Part shown: positions 40,714 through 51,330 of the stretch, in pieces
Layout of the letters: each line of letters starts with the position of its first letter
Position numbering within the stretch: position 1 is the stretch's first letter
NCBI GenBank assembly: GCA_965242965.1
Contig: OZ251518.1
Location: 2,688,001-2,752,000, forward strand
Direction: 5' to 3'
DNA: 64,000 nucleotides
Source of the DNA: Candidatus Poribacteria bacterium
GTDB taxonomy: Bacteria; Poribacteria; WGA-4E; WGA-3G
Position numbers and translations under genes: made by a program
Notes under the pieces: model-generated
Seen by the model: the letters and a program-made list of their open reading frames with translations, nothing else
What the model was told of the DNA's origin: nothing
The model's database searches: none

Positions 40714-40953
40714 ATGAAAGAAAAATTCGTTGGGAAGTGTTATCTCCCCGGTTTCGATCCGGCGACTTACACCGATCCGGTGCTTGAAGAATGTTATCGA
40801 ATGAAACGGGAGTTCAACGCGCAGTTCAAGACATTCGAGGAACGCCACGCGTATCTAGTAGCACAAGAAATAGAAAATCGGAAGAAGGGGCACAACTATG
40901 CGCCGATTCCGCCGCATTTGGAGCGGTATCCTCATCAGGAGGACGTAGACTAA
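40714..40953 (+). CDS. small hypothetical protein (DPVLEECYRMK type)
   Basis: GGAGG RBS and upstream TATAAT; 79 aa. Confidence 0.6.
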   Translation: MKEKFVGKCYLPGFDPATYTDPVLEECYRMKREFNAQFKTFEERHAYLVAQEIENRKKGHNYAPIPPHLERYPHQEDVD

Positions 40954-40963
40954 CCGTGAGGGC

Positions 40964-41250
40964 TCGCGGGGGACAGGCCCCCGCGCTACGGTGAAAAAAA
41001 CGCCGCCCCTTTACGTAGGGCGAGGGCCTGTCCCTCGCCATGCCTCGGTCTATCGAACGATCGCGGGGGACAGGCCCCCGCGCTACGGGAACCGGACGGT
41101 GTTTCATAACTCTGTAGTTCGGGAGCGCCTGCTCCCGAACGGGTCAGGATCAGGCGATCCTGACCTACAGCGGTGAGGCGGTCTGACTCTCCTACGGCGC
41201 GCCATCAAACGTTCGCGGGGGAATCGAGACCAGGAGGTCTTTCCTACGGA
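40964..41250. repeat. GTAG-REP cluster including double-hairpin element 41114-41168
   Basis: Same palindromes as elsewhere in the window. Confidence 0.85.
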
Positions 41251-41304
41251 GACATCACTCGCATCAAGACTTGACCCCGTCGACGACGGCTTACGGAGAG
41301 AAAC

Positions 41305-42504
41305 GTGATTGCACCAGATACGTTATTGAACGCCTCGCGAACAACAAAAAATTACGATGCCATCGTTATCGGTGCAGGCGGGATGGGCAGCGCGACAGCC
41401 TATCATCTCGCCAAAGCTGGCGCGAAGGTGCTGGTTTTGGAACAGTTCCAGCGCGGGCACACCTTCGGCAGCTCGCACGGCGAGACGCGCATCATTCGGC
41501 TATTCTACGATAAGCCGTTCTACACCGAGTTGATGAAATCCGCCTACGCCGAATGGCGCTCCGTGGAAACCGAGGCAGGCATTCCTTTGCTTTTCACTAC
41601 AGGGAGTATCAGTCTCGGCGTTGCAGGTAATCACTATAGCATGGCCACGCGCGATAGTTTGACGGCAGCAGGGGTTGCCGCCGAGGTGTGGGATGCGCCA
41701 CAACTGGCGCGCCGTTTCCCGCAATTTCAGGTGCCGGAGGAGATGGACATCCTCTGGCAGCAAGATAGCGGATTCCTCCATGCAGCCGCCTGTGTCTCAA
41801 CGCTTTTGCAGTTGGCAGAACGCCACGGCGCAGTTATCCGAGAGAACACCCCTGTCACCCGAATAGACTGGCAGGCAGACATGCCACGGGTTGAGACGAA
41901 AGCAGGACGCTTTCACGCCAGAAAACTCATCGTGACAGCAGGAGCGTGGACAAGTTCGCTGCTCGCCGAATTGAATCTCCCGCTTACTGTGACACGGCAA
42001 CAAGTATGCTATTACCGTCCGGCGGATGCTGCCGATTTTCAGCCAAACACCGGGAGACACGGTTTGAAATCGCGCGCGCCTTTTCCTGTCTTCGTTGAGG
42101 TAACCGCGGAGAACGAATTTTTCTACGGCATCCCTTATTTCGGAAAAAACGGCGTAAAAGTGGCACGGCACGGAGGGGGACAGCCCATCTCTGCGGATGC
42201 CTGCAACCGCACCCCCGATGCTGATTACATTCAGCGGCTAGATACCTATGTGCAGCAGCGCATCCCGGCACTCGGCAAAGCGGTTCACGCCGAGGGGTGC
42301 CTCTATACCGAAACCCCGGACGAAGATTTCATCATTGACGCGCATCCCGACTGTCCCGATGTGCTGATAGCCGCTGGGTTTTCTGGACACGGGTTTAAGT
42401 TCTGTGCCCTTGTCGGCCGCATTCTGCAAGCATTGACGCAGAGTGGCAAAACGGAGTTTGACATCAGCCATTTTTCCATTCGGCGGTTGATAGCCGACGA
42501 CTAA
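41305..42504 (+). CDS. solA: N-methyl-L-tryptophan / monomeric sarcosine oxidase
   Basis: GAGGMGS, GSSHGETRIIR, CLYTETPD, GFSGHGFKF. Confidence 0.85.
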   Translation: MIAPDTLLNASRTTKNYDAIVIGAGGMGSATAYHLAKAGAKVLVLEQFQRGHTFGSSHGETRIIRLFYDKPFYTELMKSAYAEWRSVETEAGIPLLFTTGSISLGVAGNHYSMATRDSLTAAGVAAEVWDAPQLARRFPQFQVPEEMDILWQQDSGFLHAAACVSTLLQLAERHGAVIRENTPVTRIDWQADMPRVETKAGRFHARKLIVTAGAWTSSLLAELNLPLTVTRQQVCYYRPADAADFQPNTGRHGLKSRAPFPVFVEVTAENEFFYGIPYFGKNGVKVARHGGGQPISADACNRTPDADYIQRLDTYVQQRIPALGKAVHAEGCLYTETPDEDFIIDAHPDCPDVLIAAGFSGHGFKFCALVGRILQALTQSGKTEFDISHFSIRRLIADD

Positions 42505-42580
42505 GTTGCCAATGGCGAGGAAATATGTTATGATTTTGATGACAAAATCTTAGTCATGAGAAGGAGGTTGTTAAAAAAAA

Positions 42581-43642
42581 ATGGCACCCTTACGTGATAA
42601 ACCACCAAAATCGCCGGTTGAATTTATCATCGGCGTTGACGACAACGGGCACGAGATAACGGAGACTTGCGCGTTAGCCGATGTATTTTTCCCGACGTTG
42701 GGCATGTCTAACCATCCACTCTTCATTGATTTCAACAAAAAGGTGTTAGACAAATACCGGCAAGCCGCCGAGGGATACCTGCTTTGGGATATGTGCGTCG
42801 CGAGTCCCATCCACAATTGGAGCATTCCGATTGACAGTTATCACGACGACAAAGTGAAAGTCCTGTTGGGGTATCTGTCAGAGCTGCCGTATGCAGAGCA
42901 ACTGCATTGGCGCGCGCACAACATCCCGCCAAACGGCGGCGTGAGCGAGGCATATTATCAACTCTACATAAAGAGTTTCCCCTTCCGGGACGCGCAGCAT
43001 CCGCAAATCTGGTTCCGAGATGCATACTATCAGCTGCAGGCGAAGTGCTCTGAATATCTTGGCTGGCAGTTGTTGCTGCCGCCACAACCCGATGCGGAGC
43101 ACTACATCGCCGATTTGACGCTGCCTGCACCTGACGAACATCGAGATTTTGACGCGTTGGTGACAAGCCTTTGCGCGCTTTGCATTGACTCGCTGAACCT
43201 CTCAAGACTCAAAAAATTAGGAACAGCCGAAGGGAAGCGTGCTGTGACGCAACGCCAGCATGTCTTGTCCAAGCGTTACCAGCAGACATTAGCAGAAAAG
43301 GATACCCTCGCCTATTTCTTGGAGATTTTGTCCTCCCGGGAGGCCGCCCTTCGCGATTACTGCTATTTTATGTTGGAACTCCAACGACTCCGCTGCACAA
43401 GCGCGGCGTATCGCAAAAGTAGCAACTACCGCCAGATTGCCGATGACTTCGGGGTTGACAACCGGAACCTTCAGACGGTATTTGCGGGCATCCTCACGCA
43501 AGCGAGCAGCCTCGTCACCCATTTTTGTTCACTAGTGACGAGGGTGTTTCATAACTCCGTTTCGGTAGTTATCCCTCCTTCGGGGAGGGCGAATACCGAT
43601 AGAAAAGCGAGGCGGTGCCGTGCATCGGGCCCACCTCTGTAG
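42581..43642 (+). CDS. hypothetical protein, possibly degenerate HEPN-like C-terminus, 3' end supplied by the MITE
   Basis: LPYAEQLHW, LQRLRCTSAAYRK; ORF reads into the element at 43540. Confidence 0.55.
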   Translation: MAPLRDKPPKSPVEFIIGVDDNGHEITETCALADVFFPTLGMSNHPLFIDFNKKVLDKYRQAAEGYLLWDMCVASPIHNWSIPIDSYHDDKVKVLLGYLSELPYAEQLHWRAHNIPPNGGVSEAYYQLYIKSFPFRDAQHPQIWFRDAYYQLQAKCSEYLGWQLLLPPQPDAEHYIADLTLPAPDEHRDFDALVTSLCALCIDSLNLSRLKKLGTAEGKRAVTQRQHVLSKRYQQTLAEKDTLAYFLEILSSREAALRDYCYFMLELQRLRCTSAAYRKSSNYRQIADDFGVDNRNLQTVFAGILTQASSLVTHFCSLVTRVFHNSVSVVIPPSGRANTDRKARRCRASGPPL

Positions 43643-43823
43643 TTCGGGAGCGCCCGCTCCCGAACAGGTCAAGATCAGGCGATCTTGACCTACAGGGGTG
43701 AGACGGTCTGACACCAAAACGCATGGCGAGGGACAGGCCCTCGCCCTACGTGAAGGGGAAGCGTTTTTTATCGTATCGCGGGGGCCTGTCCCTGCGACGT
43801 TGAACTATTTATGAAACCCCCTC
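43540..43823 (+). mobile_element. MITE-like element (close copy of 37730-37998) without matching TSD
   Basis: gagggtgtttcataactccgtttcggtag ... tatgaaaccccctc; flanks ctagtgac vs aatttatt. Confidence 0.8.
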
Positions 43824-43867
43824 AATTTATTCACCGCCCTGCCCGGGCGGTTAACAGGTGAAACACT

Positions 43868-45352
43868 ATGGAAAAACGAACAAAAATCATTCTCATCGCC
43901 GTTATCTGCATCGCGCTACTTCTCGTCGCGTTCTTTCTCTTTGTGCCAAGGGATTCGGAACGGACTGTGGCGGCCCCTGCACCGCCGCGGGAAGTGACAC
44001 CGATTCCATTACCGCCGCCGAGCCCTTCAACCATCGCAGTGAAGGCGGAATTGCCCATCGCCGAAGTCAGACAGAAAGCCGCATCAGCCCTCAGCGACTA
44101 TCTCCGCAAACCCATCCAGCGGGAAGACATTGTCAAGGGCATCACTATTGAATCTTTCGTCAACCTCATGCCGGGCACGATGACGATGACGAGCGCCCCA
44201 GACAGCACCATCTCGGTGCAAATGCCGTTTCAGTTTAAGGGCTGGGCACGTGCATCTAAAAAAGTGCTCGGGCAAGTGATTCGGCAGCGCGAGGATTTCA
44301 CAGGCAAGGCAACAGCGACGCTAACTCTGACATTAAGACTTGATTCAGATTGGAGCATCCGGCCGGAAAGTGAACTTGAGATTGTGATTCAGGAGGCGAC
44401 ACTCCGCTTCTGGGGTATCCCTATCTCCATTCGGAGCATCTTTACGCGATTGGTGGAAGATGTCGTTGCCCCGAAATTAGAGGAACTGATTGTGAAACAT
44501 ATCGCCCGCGTTGATGTGAAGACGCGCGTCGCGAGCGTATGGGAACGCCTCCAAGAACCGACAAAAGTCCGAGAAGAACCGCCTATCGTCCTTGTCATGG
44601 AACCGTTAGAAATCGCCTCGCAACATCTGTCCGGTAACGAGGAAACCCTCTTTATCAGCCTTGGGATAAGAACCTATATTCAGGTGCTCATCGGGGATAT
44701 CGCCGCGTCGCGACTTGAAGACGCGCCACTGGCACTGAAACCGCTGCCAGACTTACAATTTGTGGACGCGCTTGAATCAGGTTACCACATTCTCGCGCCT
44801 ATTGAAGTCGCTTACACTGCCATTGAAAGATTGGCGGAGCCGCATGTGGAGAAGGCGCATGACTTGAGAGGTATTGAAACACACGTCGAAACCTTGTCCC
44901 TTTACGGAAGCGGAAATCAACTCGTCGCTGGTGTCGCCTTTAACATGCCCGCGTTTGACGCGCGTGGACAACTCTACCTCCTCGGAACGCCGGTATACGA
45001 TGCAACGACGATGTCCATCGCTGTCACCGAATTCAATTATGCGCTGACAACGCAAAGCCTGTTGCTGGAATTCGCAGAGGATATCGGCGAAGGCATCTTT
45101 CCAAACCTACGGACAACAGTTGAGGAAAAACTGGTTTTCTCACTCGAAGAACGGTTGACAGATTTGCGAGATATGTTAGTGCGTGTCATCGAAAACCGCC
45201 AGATTGGTTCCTATGTCACCTTGCGCGGGACAGTCGATTCGGTTACCCCGGAGGCACTCTATTTGACGCAAACCGGCTTACGCGTGCCTTTCCGTTTGCA
45301 GGGTAGTCTCTCTTGCGAAGTGCACTTGGGCGAAACCGGACCAACCGAGTAG
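43868..45352 (+). CDS. DUF4403-family membrane-anchored protein
   Basis: N-terminal TM, Pro-rich linker, PSTIAV..PI, GQLYLLGTPVYD. Confidence 0.7.
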   Translation: MEKRTKIILIAVICIALLLVAFFLFVPRDSERTVAAPAPPREVTPIPLPPPSPSTIAVKAELPIAEVRQKAASALSDYLRKPIQREDIVKGITIESFVNLMPGTMTMTSAPDSTISVQMPFQFKGWARASKKVLGQVIRQREDFTGKATATLTLTLRLDSDWSIRPESELEIVIQEATLRFWGIPISIRSIFTRLVEDVVAPKLEELIVKHIARVDVKTRVASVWERLQEPTKVREEPPIVLVMEPLEIASQHLSGNEETLFISLGIRTYIQVLIGDIAASRLEDAPLALKPLPDLQFVDALESGYHILAPIEVAYTAIERLAEPHVEKAHDLRGIETHVETLSLYGSGNQLVAGVAFNMPAFDARGQLYLLGTPVYDATTMSIAVTEFNYALTTQSLLLEFAEDIGEGIFPNLRTTVEEKLVFSLEERLTDLRDMLVRVIENRQIGSYVTLRGTVDSVTPEALYLTQTGLRVPFRLQGSLSCEVHLGETGPTE

Positions 45353-45379
45353 GTCTTTCCTTAAAATCATATTTTAATT

Positions 45380-46320
45380 GAGGGTGTTTCATATCTTGAA
45401 GTCTTCCCAGTAGGAGAGACCTCGGGGCTCGATTTCCTGTAGGAGAGACCTCCCGGTCTCGATGTTCCCGCAGCGCGGGGGACAGGCCCCGCGAGCGTTG
45501 ATTTGCTGTCATAGTCTGGGGATCTACGGTAACGGGACGATTTCTTCACGTTCGCGGGGGACAGGCCCCGCGCTACGGGAACGGGACGGTTTCTTGGCAG
45601 CAGAACGGCCCCCTTTCACCGTAGGGCGAGGGCCTGTCCCTCTCCATGCTGCGGTTCATCAAACCGCTCTTTTAGGTCCGTAGGACCTTAATGTCTATAG
45701 CTCCTCGCGCAGCGAAACCTCTTAAGGTCTGTAGGACCTTAATGTGCGCCGCACCACGTGACTTGCATGCTATTAAGGTCCTAACGGACCTTGAAAACGG
45801 GCCGACACGTGTGGCTATAGACATGCAGGACCTAAAGGACCTGAAGAGACGTTTTTTTCAAAAGAGATTTCGCCGCTGCAAGGGAGAGCATCTTGTGAAT
45901 CCTGAGTCAGACAACTAACGGAGATCGAGAGATCGCGAGGGACAGGCCCTCGCGCTACGGTAATCGGGGCATGGTTTGCTGCACGCGAGGGACAGGCCCT
46001 CGCGCTCCCCCTCTGTAGTTTGCGATCGCCTGATCGCGATCAGGTCAAGAGCAGGCGCTCTTGACCTACAGACAGCGATGCTCAATTACCGTAGGGCGGG
46101 GGCCTGTCCCCCGCCGTGCCCGGGATGCGATGAAAGTTCGCGAGGGACAGGCCCTCGCGCTACGGGAATCGGGACGTGGTTTGCTGCACGCGCGGGACAG
46201 GCCCCCGCGCGCTCCCTCTGTAGTTTGCGATCGCCTGATCGCAATCGGGTCAAGAGCAGGCTCTTGACCTACAAACTACGGTAATCGAGCGATCGCGAGG
46301 GACAGGCCCTCGCGCTACGG
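45380..46320. repeat. ~1-kb composite repeat cluster beginning with a MITE TIR
   Basis: gagggtgtttcata at 45380, several REP families, copy of the 39881-40146 hairpin element at 45666-45913. Confidence 0.85.
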
Positions 46321-46391
46321 TGACAAGGACCGTTTTTTTGCAACCAAAACCTTGACAAAAACGTTAAAAAACATTAAAATCACATTTTAAT

Positions 46392-46420
46392 TTGACAAAC
46401 GCGCGAAAATGTGGTATAAT
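46392..46420 (+). promoter_or_regulatory. consensus sigma70 promoter TTGACA-17-TATAAT with extended -10
   Basis: Exact consensus 570 nt upstream of the 46990 gene. Confidence 0.7.
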
Positions 46421-46989
46421 ATATTCATTACACAAATTTGGTGCGATAGTAACCCTCATCAACGAAAAAGGAGCGCGAAACATGACATCTCAAATCGCTT
46501 GCATTTCCGCGGATATGCCGAAGTGTCTGCATCCGACGTGCCAGCCGCATCGGCTGCGCGCCGTGTCTCCATTTGCGCGTCCAGTTGATGACACCGCACT
46601 AAACATAAGTTCGATTTACCCCCCCCGTCCTATATGTCCGTTAACCCGTGACGTTATCGGCGGGAAGGCGATTCGGGGGAATATCTCATCTGAATCCCAA
46701 CCCAAAACCCGCGTGCTTTGCACGCGCATATCTTCTTTTGCCTCGTGGCACGCGCTCGCCTTCGCGAGCTCGCTCTTGCCACGGGGATTTTTGCGTTGCA
46801 TCGTCCGATGCAACGGTTACCAGCGTTGTTCCGGGGAAACTTCACTCCCCACTAGGGGTATTAAGGGGCAGGATAACCGTGGGCACCCGCCCACGGTTAT
46901 CTTGTTTTCTCCGAAACACGCGCGCCTTTCGCCTACCGAGGCGGGAGTCCCCTATTCATTTGATTTTCATAACTCTTGGAGGAATTTGA

Positions 46990-49900
46990 ATGAAAAGCAA
47001 ATCGCTTTTTTCCTTAAGTTTACTACTGCTGTTTGCCGGGATAGTTGCCATGATGGGAACACCGACAGACGTGCAAGCACAACTCTTGATTGATAGCATC
47101 AGGATTTACGTGAATCCTGACATGGTTGCGCCCGAGAACGACAACACGCCAAATAATTTTGCTGAGGGGTGGGTACCGTCAAATAATTTTGATGGCCAAA
47201 TCGCGGCCATTGATAATTTTGAGGAGGGAACGCTTCAAGGGGGCATCTTAATCGATGAATCAAACGCGCACTCGGCGGGAGCAGATGCTTTCACCGCGAA
47301 CGCGGGCGATATCATCGCCATCGCATTTAGGCTGCAAGAGGCTGGAACGAGCACCAGGATGGTATCGCATATAAATCTAGCCTTCGATACGTTAGGGCGA
47401 CCACATTCTCCACACATGTTTAATGGAGAGTCCTATCGGAACACTCGAGGCCCTAGCCGTTTCCTACAAACTTCAGGTGGAGCCAAGGTGAATGTAACTC
47501 CAAACACCTATTTTACCGCGGTCTACCTCTACCAAGTGAGGTCAGGAGACAGCGATGTGAACGGTGATTGGATTAGTCGTCGTCCAGGGACCAGCGGTAG
47601 GACCAATGACGGGCCCTTCATCAGATATGATGGGCCTCCGCTCGTTGAAATTCCCGCCAGTGCCACTGTCCACTATCCCAGGATAGATGGTAGCGTTTCG
47701 ACGATTCCTCAGGTGACGCGCCTGACGATAAACAGTCCGCCCGCCGGGCAGTCAGGACGCTCCCGCTATTACAAAGTCCGCCAAGAGTGTTTGGATCATC
47801 AACGAAAATACGGGGATGTCTACACGACTGCTTGTGAGTTAGTGCAGGACCACGGCTGGGCTCTTCCCAACGATCCGACTCATCCGGTGACGCTAGCCAA
47901 TAGCCTGCCGACTGCCTTTTTCAAAGCCGGCGACACGATAGAATTTCAGTTGCATTTTAGCGAAGAGGTGATTGTGACAGGGGCTCCAATCCTAGAGCTC
48001 ATGCTTGATGGGGGGACCGGACGGATGCACTACGTATCCGGGAGTGGGGCAACGACACTTACCTTCCGATACACAGTGCAACAAGGCGATACGGCTTTCG
48101 GTGGCATCGCGGCTTGGAATGCTTGGGGTAACATCAGGGATGGCAATAGCATCGAAGATATGTCAGGGCATAAAGTGAATAGCGTTACCCGGGACGTTGA
48201 ATCGGCGATTCGGGCATTTTTTGCCGGTCAAGAGGGCATCAGGGCGGAGGAGGCTCATCCCTGGTTAGACCCGCCAGGTGCCCACTGGAAAAAGTATGCC
48301 ACCGGTATCGCTGAATACCTTGTGGATACTGTTCCCCCGACGGTGTGGATTCCCGGCTTGATAAAGAATGGGGAGACACACACCGACGATAGACGGAATA
48401 CGTTTGTGAGTGTGGAACCGACTTATCTTGCTGTCCCCACATTTACGGAGGCAGATCTCCGAGCGTCTATTACGGAAAGTGAATCACAGACAGATGCCTT
48501 TGATGTGGAATTCCGCTTTTTCAATTGGGACGGCGGGGCATTAGCCGACGAAGTGGGGATAAGTTTTACCGGCGATGATGTGGAGATCACGGGGGCGAAT
48601 GTGGAGCGAGCCGATTGGGCGGTTGAAACTACCTATATCGGGTTAGACCATCGTGCTACCAATCAGTGGCCGCCTACCGACAGATCGGGGCAGCTAGCGG
48701 GTTCAGCCCATAAGCCAGGGCATGCAAAAAACTCCGCGTCGTTCCTCGTCTACAAGGCGACAATTCGTCCGGCCCTGGGTTTTCAGGGCAACGTGTCCAT
48801 CAGTTTGCCGGCGGGTGCTACCCAAGATATCGCCGGCAACGACAGTTATGCCTCAAATACGTTGACAGTGCCCGTGAGCAATCCATTGCGCGTGGTGGAA
48901 ACGCCGGAGATTGTCGTGCCTCCCGCCGGTGTCCATACCGCCGGGGATAAGATTGAAGTGGAAGTGACGTATGACAAGGATAATCTCCGCTATGAAGGCG
49001 ACAACCCGCCGTATCTCACGCTGTATCTCGGCGAAGAAGTGCCGGCAAATGCTCGGCATGCTGTCTGGAGTGCCTCAGAAGACACGAATTCGACGAAAGT
49101 AACGTTCGCGTATACGGTGGCAGCAACGGACACGGTGGCAGAGGCAGTGCGTGTCCCTTCCGTCAAGATAATGGTTCCTGAAGAGACGAGTTTGCTTTCT
49201 GGTTCCCTCGGTGCGTCGGCTGAGCGGCAGTCTGGGACAGAGGAGCCTGCGGCGGCATCTGGCACTGCGCCAAAAACGGTGCCGGTGATAGAGCCGTCGC
49301 CGTTGACAGATACGTCTGGCAGTGAAGTTGCACCGGTAGTTTCGGAGACACCGGTGGTGCCGTATACGCTGATTCCTGAGGAGACAGCACCGAAGGCGGC
49401 CGCCACAGATGTCCCAGAGGATCCGATTGTCTTCAACGAACTCGGCAATGGCAGCGGCGATGCTGATGACTGGCTGGAACTCCGCAATGTGACAGGATCT
49501 GCCGTGTCCTTAAAAGACTGGGAGCTCAGCATCGTGCAGGATGGCAAGAAGGAAGATACCTCCCTGATTGCTTTTGTAGAAGATGTGAGTGTGCCGGCGA
49601 ACGGGTTGTTGCTGATTACCAACAGCGATCCGACGGCGAAAGGCAATGCGCTTGCAGGTGGGGATGATGTAGAGACTGCCGAGGTCGAAACAAAAGGTTC
49701 TTCGCACCTGTATCTTGTCAAATCGGAGTTGTCCCTACCTGACGATGGAAAATTCCTGTTGATTCTCCGGAATGCGCAGAAGAAACTCGGTTTAAACGAG
49801 GCGTTCGTGGATGTCGCCGGTGGCGGCGGCAGTGATACCGATGCATTCGTCCGCGAGCAGACAGGCGACTATGATACGCATGTCTGGCCCTTGCAAGTGC

Positions 49901-51105
49901 TGCAGGCACCCGGTGGTGACACTGAAGATGCCCTCGGTTCAGGCAAAGTCTGGCAGCGCGCCAAGGCGGATATCGTCGGGTATCATCGAGATGCCTGGGC
50001 AGAATCGGCATTCACGGGCATCGGTTATGACAGGAAGGTGACAGAGTCCGCTGCCACTTCCGGCACACCGGGCTATCCGAATGGTGCAGTGAAACCAGGG
50101 TCTGCCACGCCGAAAGGCAGTATCACCTTCAGCGAAATCATGGTGGATTCCGGCGGGCGCACACTGCCGCAGTGGATCGAACTCTACAACAATTCCAAAA
50201 CGGATGCTATCAATCTCAACCGTTGGGAGTTGGAGATTCAGAATGTCGATTCCGAGGATTTAGTCGGCCGCCCGATTGTCACGTTGACACTCGGTGAAAA
50301 AGTGATTCAACCGAATCAAACGTTGCTCATCGTGGCGGGACCGGCGCGTGCATCGTCGGATTCGTATCTGCCGGCGGACAGGGTTTATGATCTGTTGGCA
50401 CTGCATGATAAGAATCTGCGCATCAAAAGCGCGCGCGATACCTTCTTAAGTACCGAAGGGTTCTACCTGCAACTCTCCGATAGGAACGGGAATCTCGTCG
50501 ACGAAGTCGGTAACAGGGACAGCGATCGGCGTTCGGACGATGCACCGGCCTGGGCATTACCGCTGAGTTTTGAGGAAGGTTCTCGGAGTTCCATCATTCG
50601 GCGTTATGACAAGAGTGTTGCGCTGCCGGGACGAAAGCGTGCGAGTTGGGTTTTAGCATCGCGCATCAAGCCATTTGATGAGTCTCTCCATTACGGCCAT
50701 GCTGATGACATCGGCACGCCGGGGCATCGCGAAGGTGGTGCATTACCGGTAGAGTTATCAAGTTTCTCGATGACGCGCACCGAGGCAGGTGCTGTCGTCT
50801 TGACATGGACAACCGAGTCGGAGGTAGACAACGCGGGCTTCAACCTGCGTCGCAGCGAGAAACGCGCGAGTGGTTTCACGCTCTTGAATCCTGCGCTCAT
50901 CGCCGGTGCCGGCACGACAGGTGAACGTCAAACCTACACGTTTACCGATACGTCTGCGAAGCCGGGTGTTGAGTATTACTATCAGATTGAGGAAGTGGCG
51001 TTTGATGGGAAACGGGAAACGTTAGTGACGCGGTTGTTGCCGGGTCCTGTTTCTGCGGCAAATCGGATGCTGACGACGTTTGGCGAGGTGAAGAAAACGA
51101 AGTAA
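46990..51105 (+). CDS. large secreted surface protein: Ig-like repeats, two lamin-tail-like domains, LPVELSSF domain, C-terminal LTTFGEVK motif
   Basis: Signal peptide, YVSGSGATTLTFRYTVQ, IVFNEL..DWLELRN, ITFSEIM..QWIELYN, WTTESEVDNAGFNL. Confidence 0.85.
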   Translation: MKSKSLFSLSLLLLFAGIVAMMGTPTDVQAQLLIDSIRIYVNPDMVAPENDNTPNNFAEGWVPSNNFDGQIAAIDNFEEGTLQGGILIDESNAHSAGADAFTANAGDIIAIAFRLQEAGTSTRMVSHINLAFDTLGRPHSPHMFNGESYRNTRGPSRFLQTSGGAKVNVTPNTYFTAVYLYQVRSGDSDVNGDWISRRPGTSGRTNDGPFIRYDGPPLVEIPASATVHYPRIDGSVSTIPQVTRLTINSPPAGQSGRSRYYKVRQECLDHQRKYGDVYTTACELVQDHGWALPNDPTHPVTLANSLPTAFFKAGDTIEFQLHFSEEVIVTGAPILELMLDGGTGRMHYVSGSGATTLTFRYTVQQGDTAFGGIAAWNAWGNIRDGNSIEDMSGHKVNSVTRDVESAIRAFFAGQEGIRAEEAHPWLDPPGAHWKKYATGIAEYLVDTVPPTVWIPGLIKNGETHTDDRRNTFVSVEPTYLAVPTFTEADLRASITESESQTDAFDVEFRFFNWDGGALADEVGISFTGDDVEITGANVERADWAVETTYIGLDHRATNQWPPTDRSGQLAGSAHKPGHAKNSASFLVYKATIRPALGFQGNVSISLPAGATQDIAGNDSYASNTLTVPVSNPLRVVETPEIVVPPAGVHTAGDKIEVEVTYDKDNLRYEGDNPPYLTLYLGEEVPANARHAVWSASEDTNSTKVTFAYTVAATDTVAEAVRVPSVKIMVPEETSLLSGSLGASAERQSGTEEPAAASGTAPKTVPVIEPSPLTDTSGSEVAPVVSETPVVPYTLIPEETAPKAAATDVPEDPIVFNELGNGSGDADDWLELRNVTGSAVSLKDWELSIVQDGKKEDTSLIAFVEDVSVPANGLLLITNSDPTAKGNALAGGDDVETAEVETKGSSHLYLVKSELSLPDDGKFLLILRNAQKKLGLNEAFVDVAGGGGSDTDAFVREQTGDYDTHVWPLQVLQAPGGDTEDALGSGKVWQRAKADIVGYHRDAWAESAFTGIGYDRKVTESAATSGTPGYPNGAVKPGSATPKGSITFSEIMVDSGGRTLPQWIELYNNSKTDAINLNRWELEIQNVDSEDLVGRPIVTLTLGEKVIQPNQTLLIVAGPARASSDSYLPADRVYDLLALHDKNLRIKSARDTFLSTEGFYLQLSDRNGNLVDEVGNRDSDRRSDDAPAWALPLSFEEGSRSSIIRRYDKSVALPGRKRASWVLASRIKPFDESLHYGHADDIGTPGHREGGALPVELSSFSMTRTEAGAVVLTWTTESEVDNAGFNLRRSEKRASGFTLLNPALIAGAGTTGERQTYTFTDTSAKPGVEYYYQIEEVAFDGKRETLVTRLLPGPVSAANRMLTTFGEVKKTK

Positions 51106-51107
51106 AC

Positions 51108-51322
51108 GTAGCGCGGGGGCCTGTCCCCCGCGAGCTCTCGATTAACGCAGCATGGCGAGGGACAGGCCCTCGCCCTACGATAAAACGGGCCGTTCTTCTC
51201 ACCGTAGCGCGGGGGCCTGTCCCCCGCGATCGTTTCAGGCTCCGAGCGGGTTTCCCCCGCGATCGTTGCATGGCGAGGGACAGGCCCTCGCCCTACGGTA
51301 AAACGGGCCGTTCTTCTCACCG
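51108..51322. repeat. GTAG-REP cluster between convergent genes
   Basis: Alternating gtagcgcgggggcctgtcccccgcga and tggcgagggacaggccctcgccctac units. Confidence 0.85.
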
Positions 51323-51330
51323 TCTGCAAT

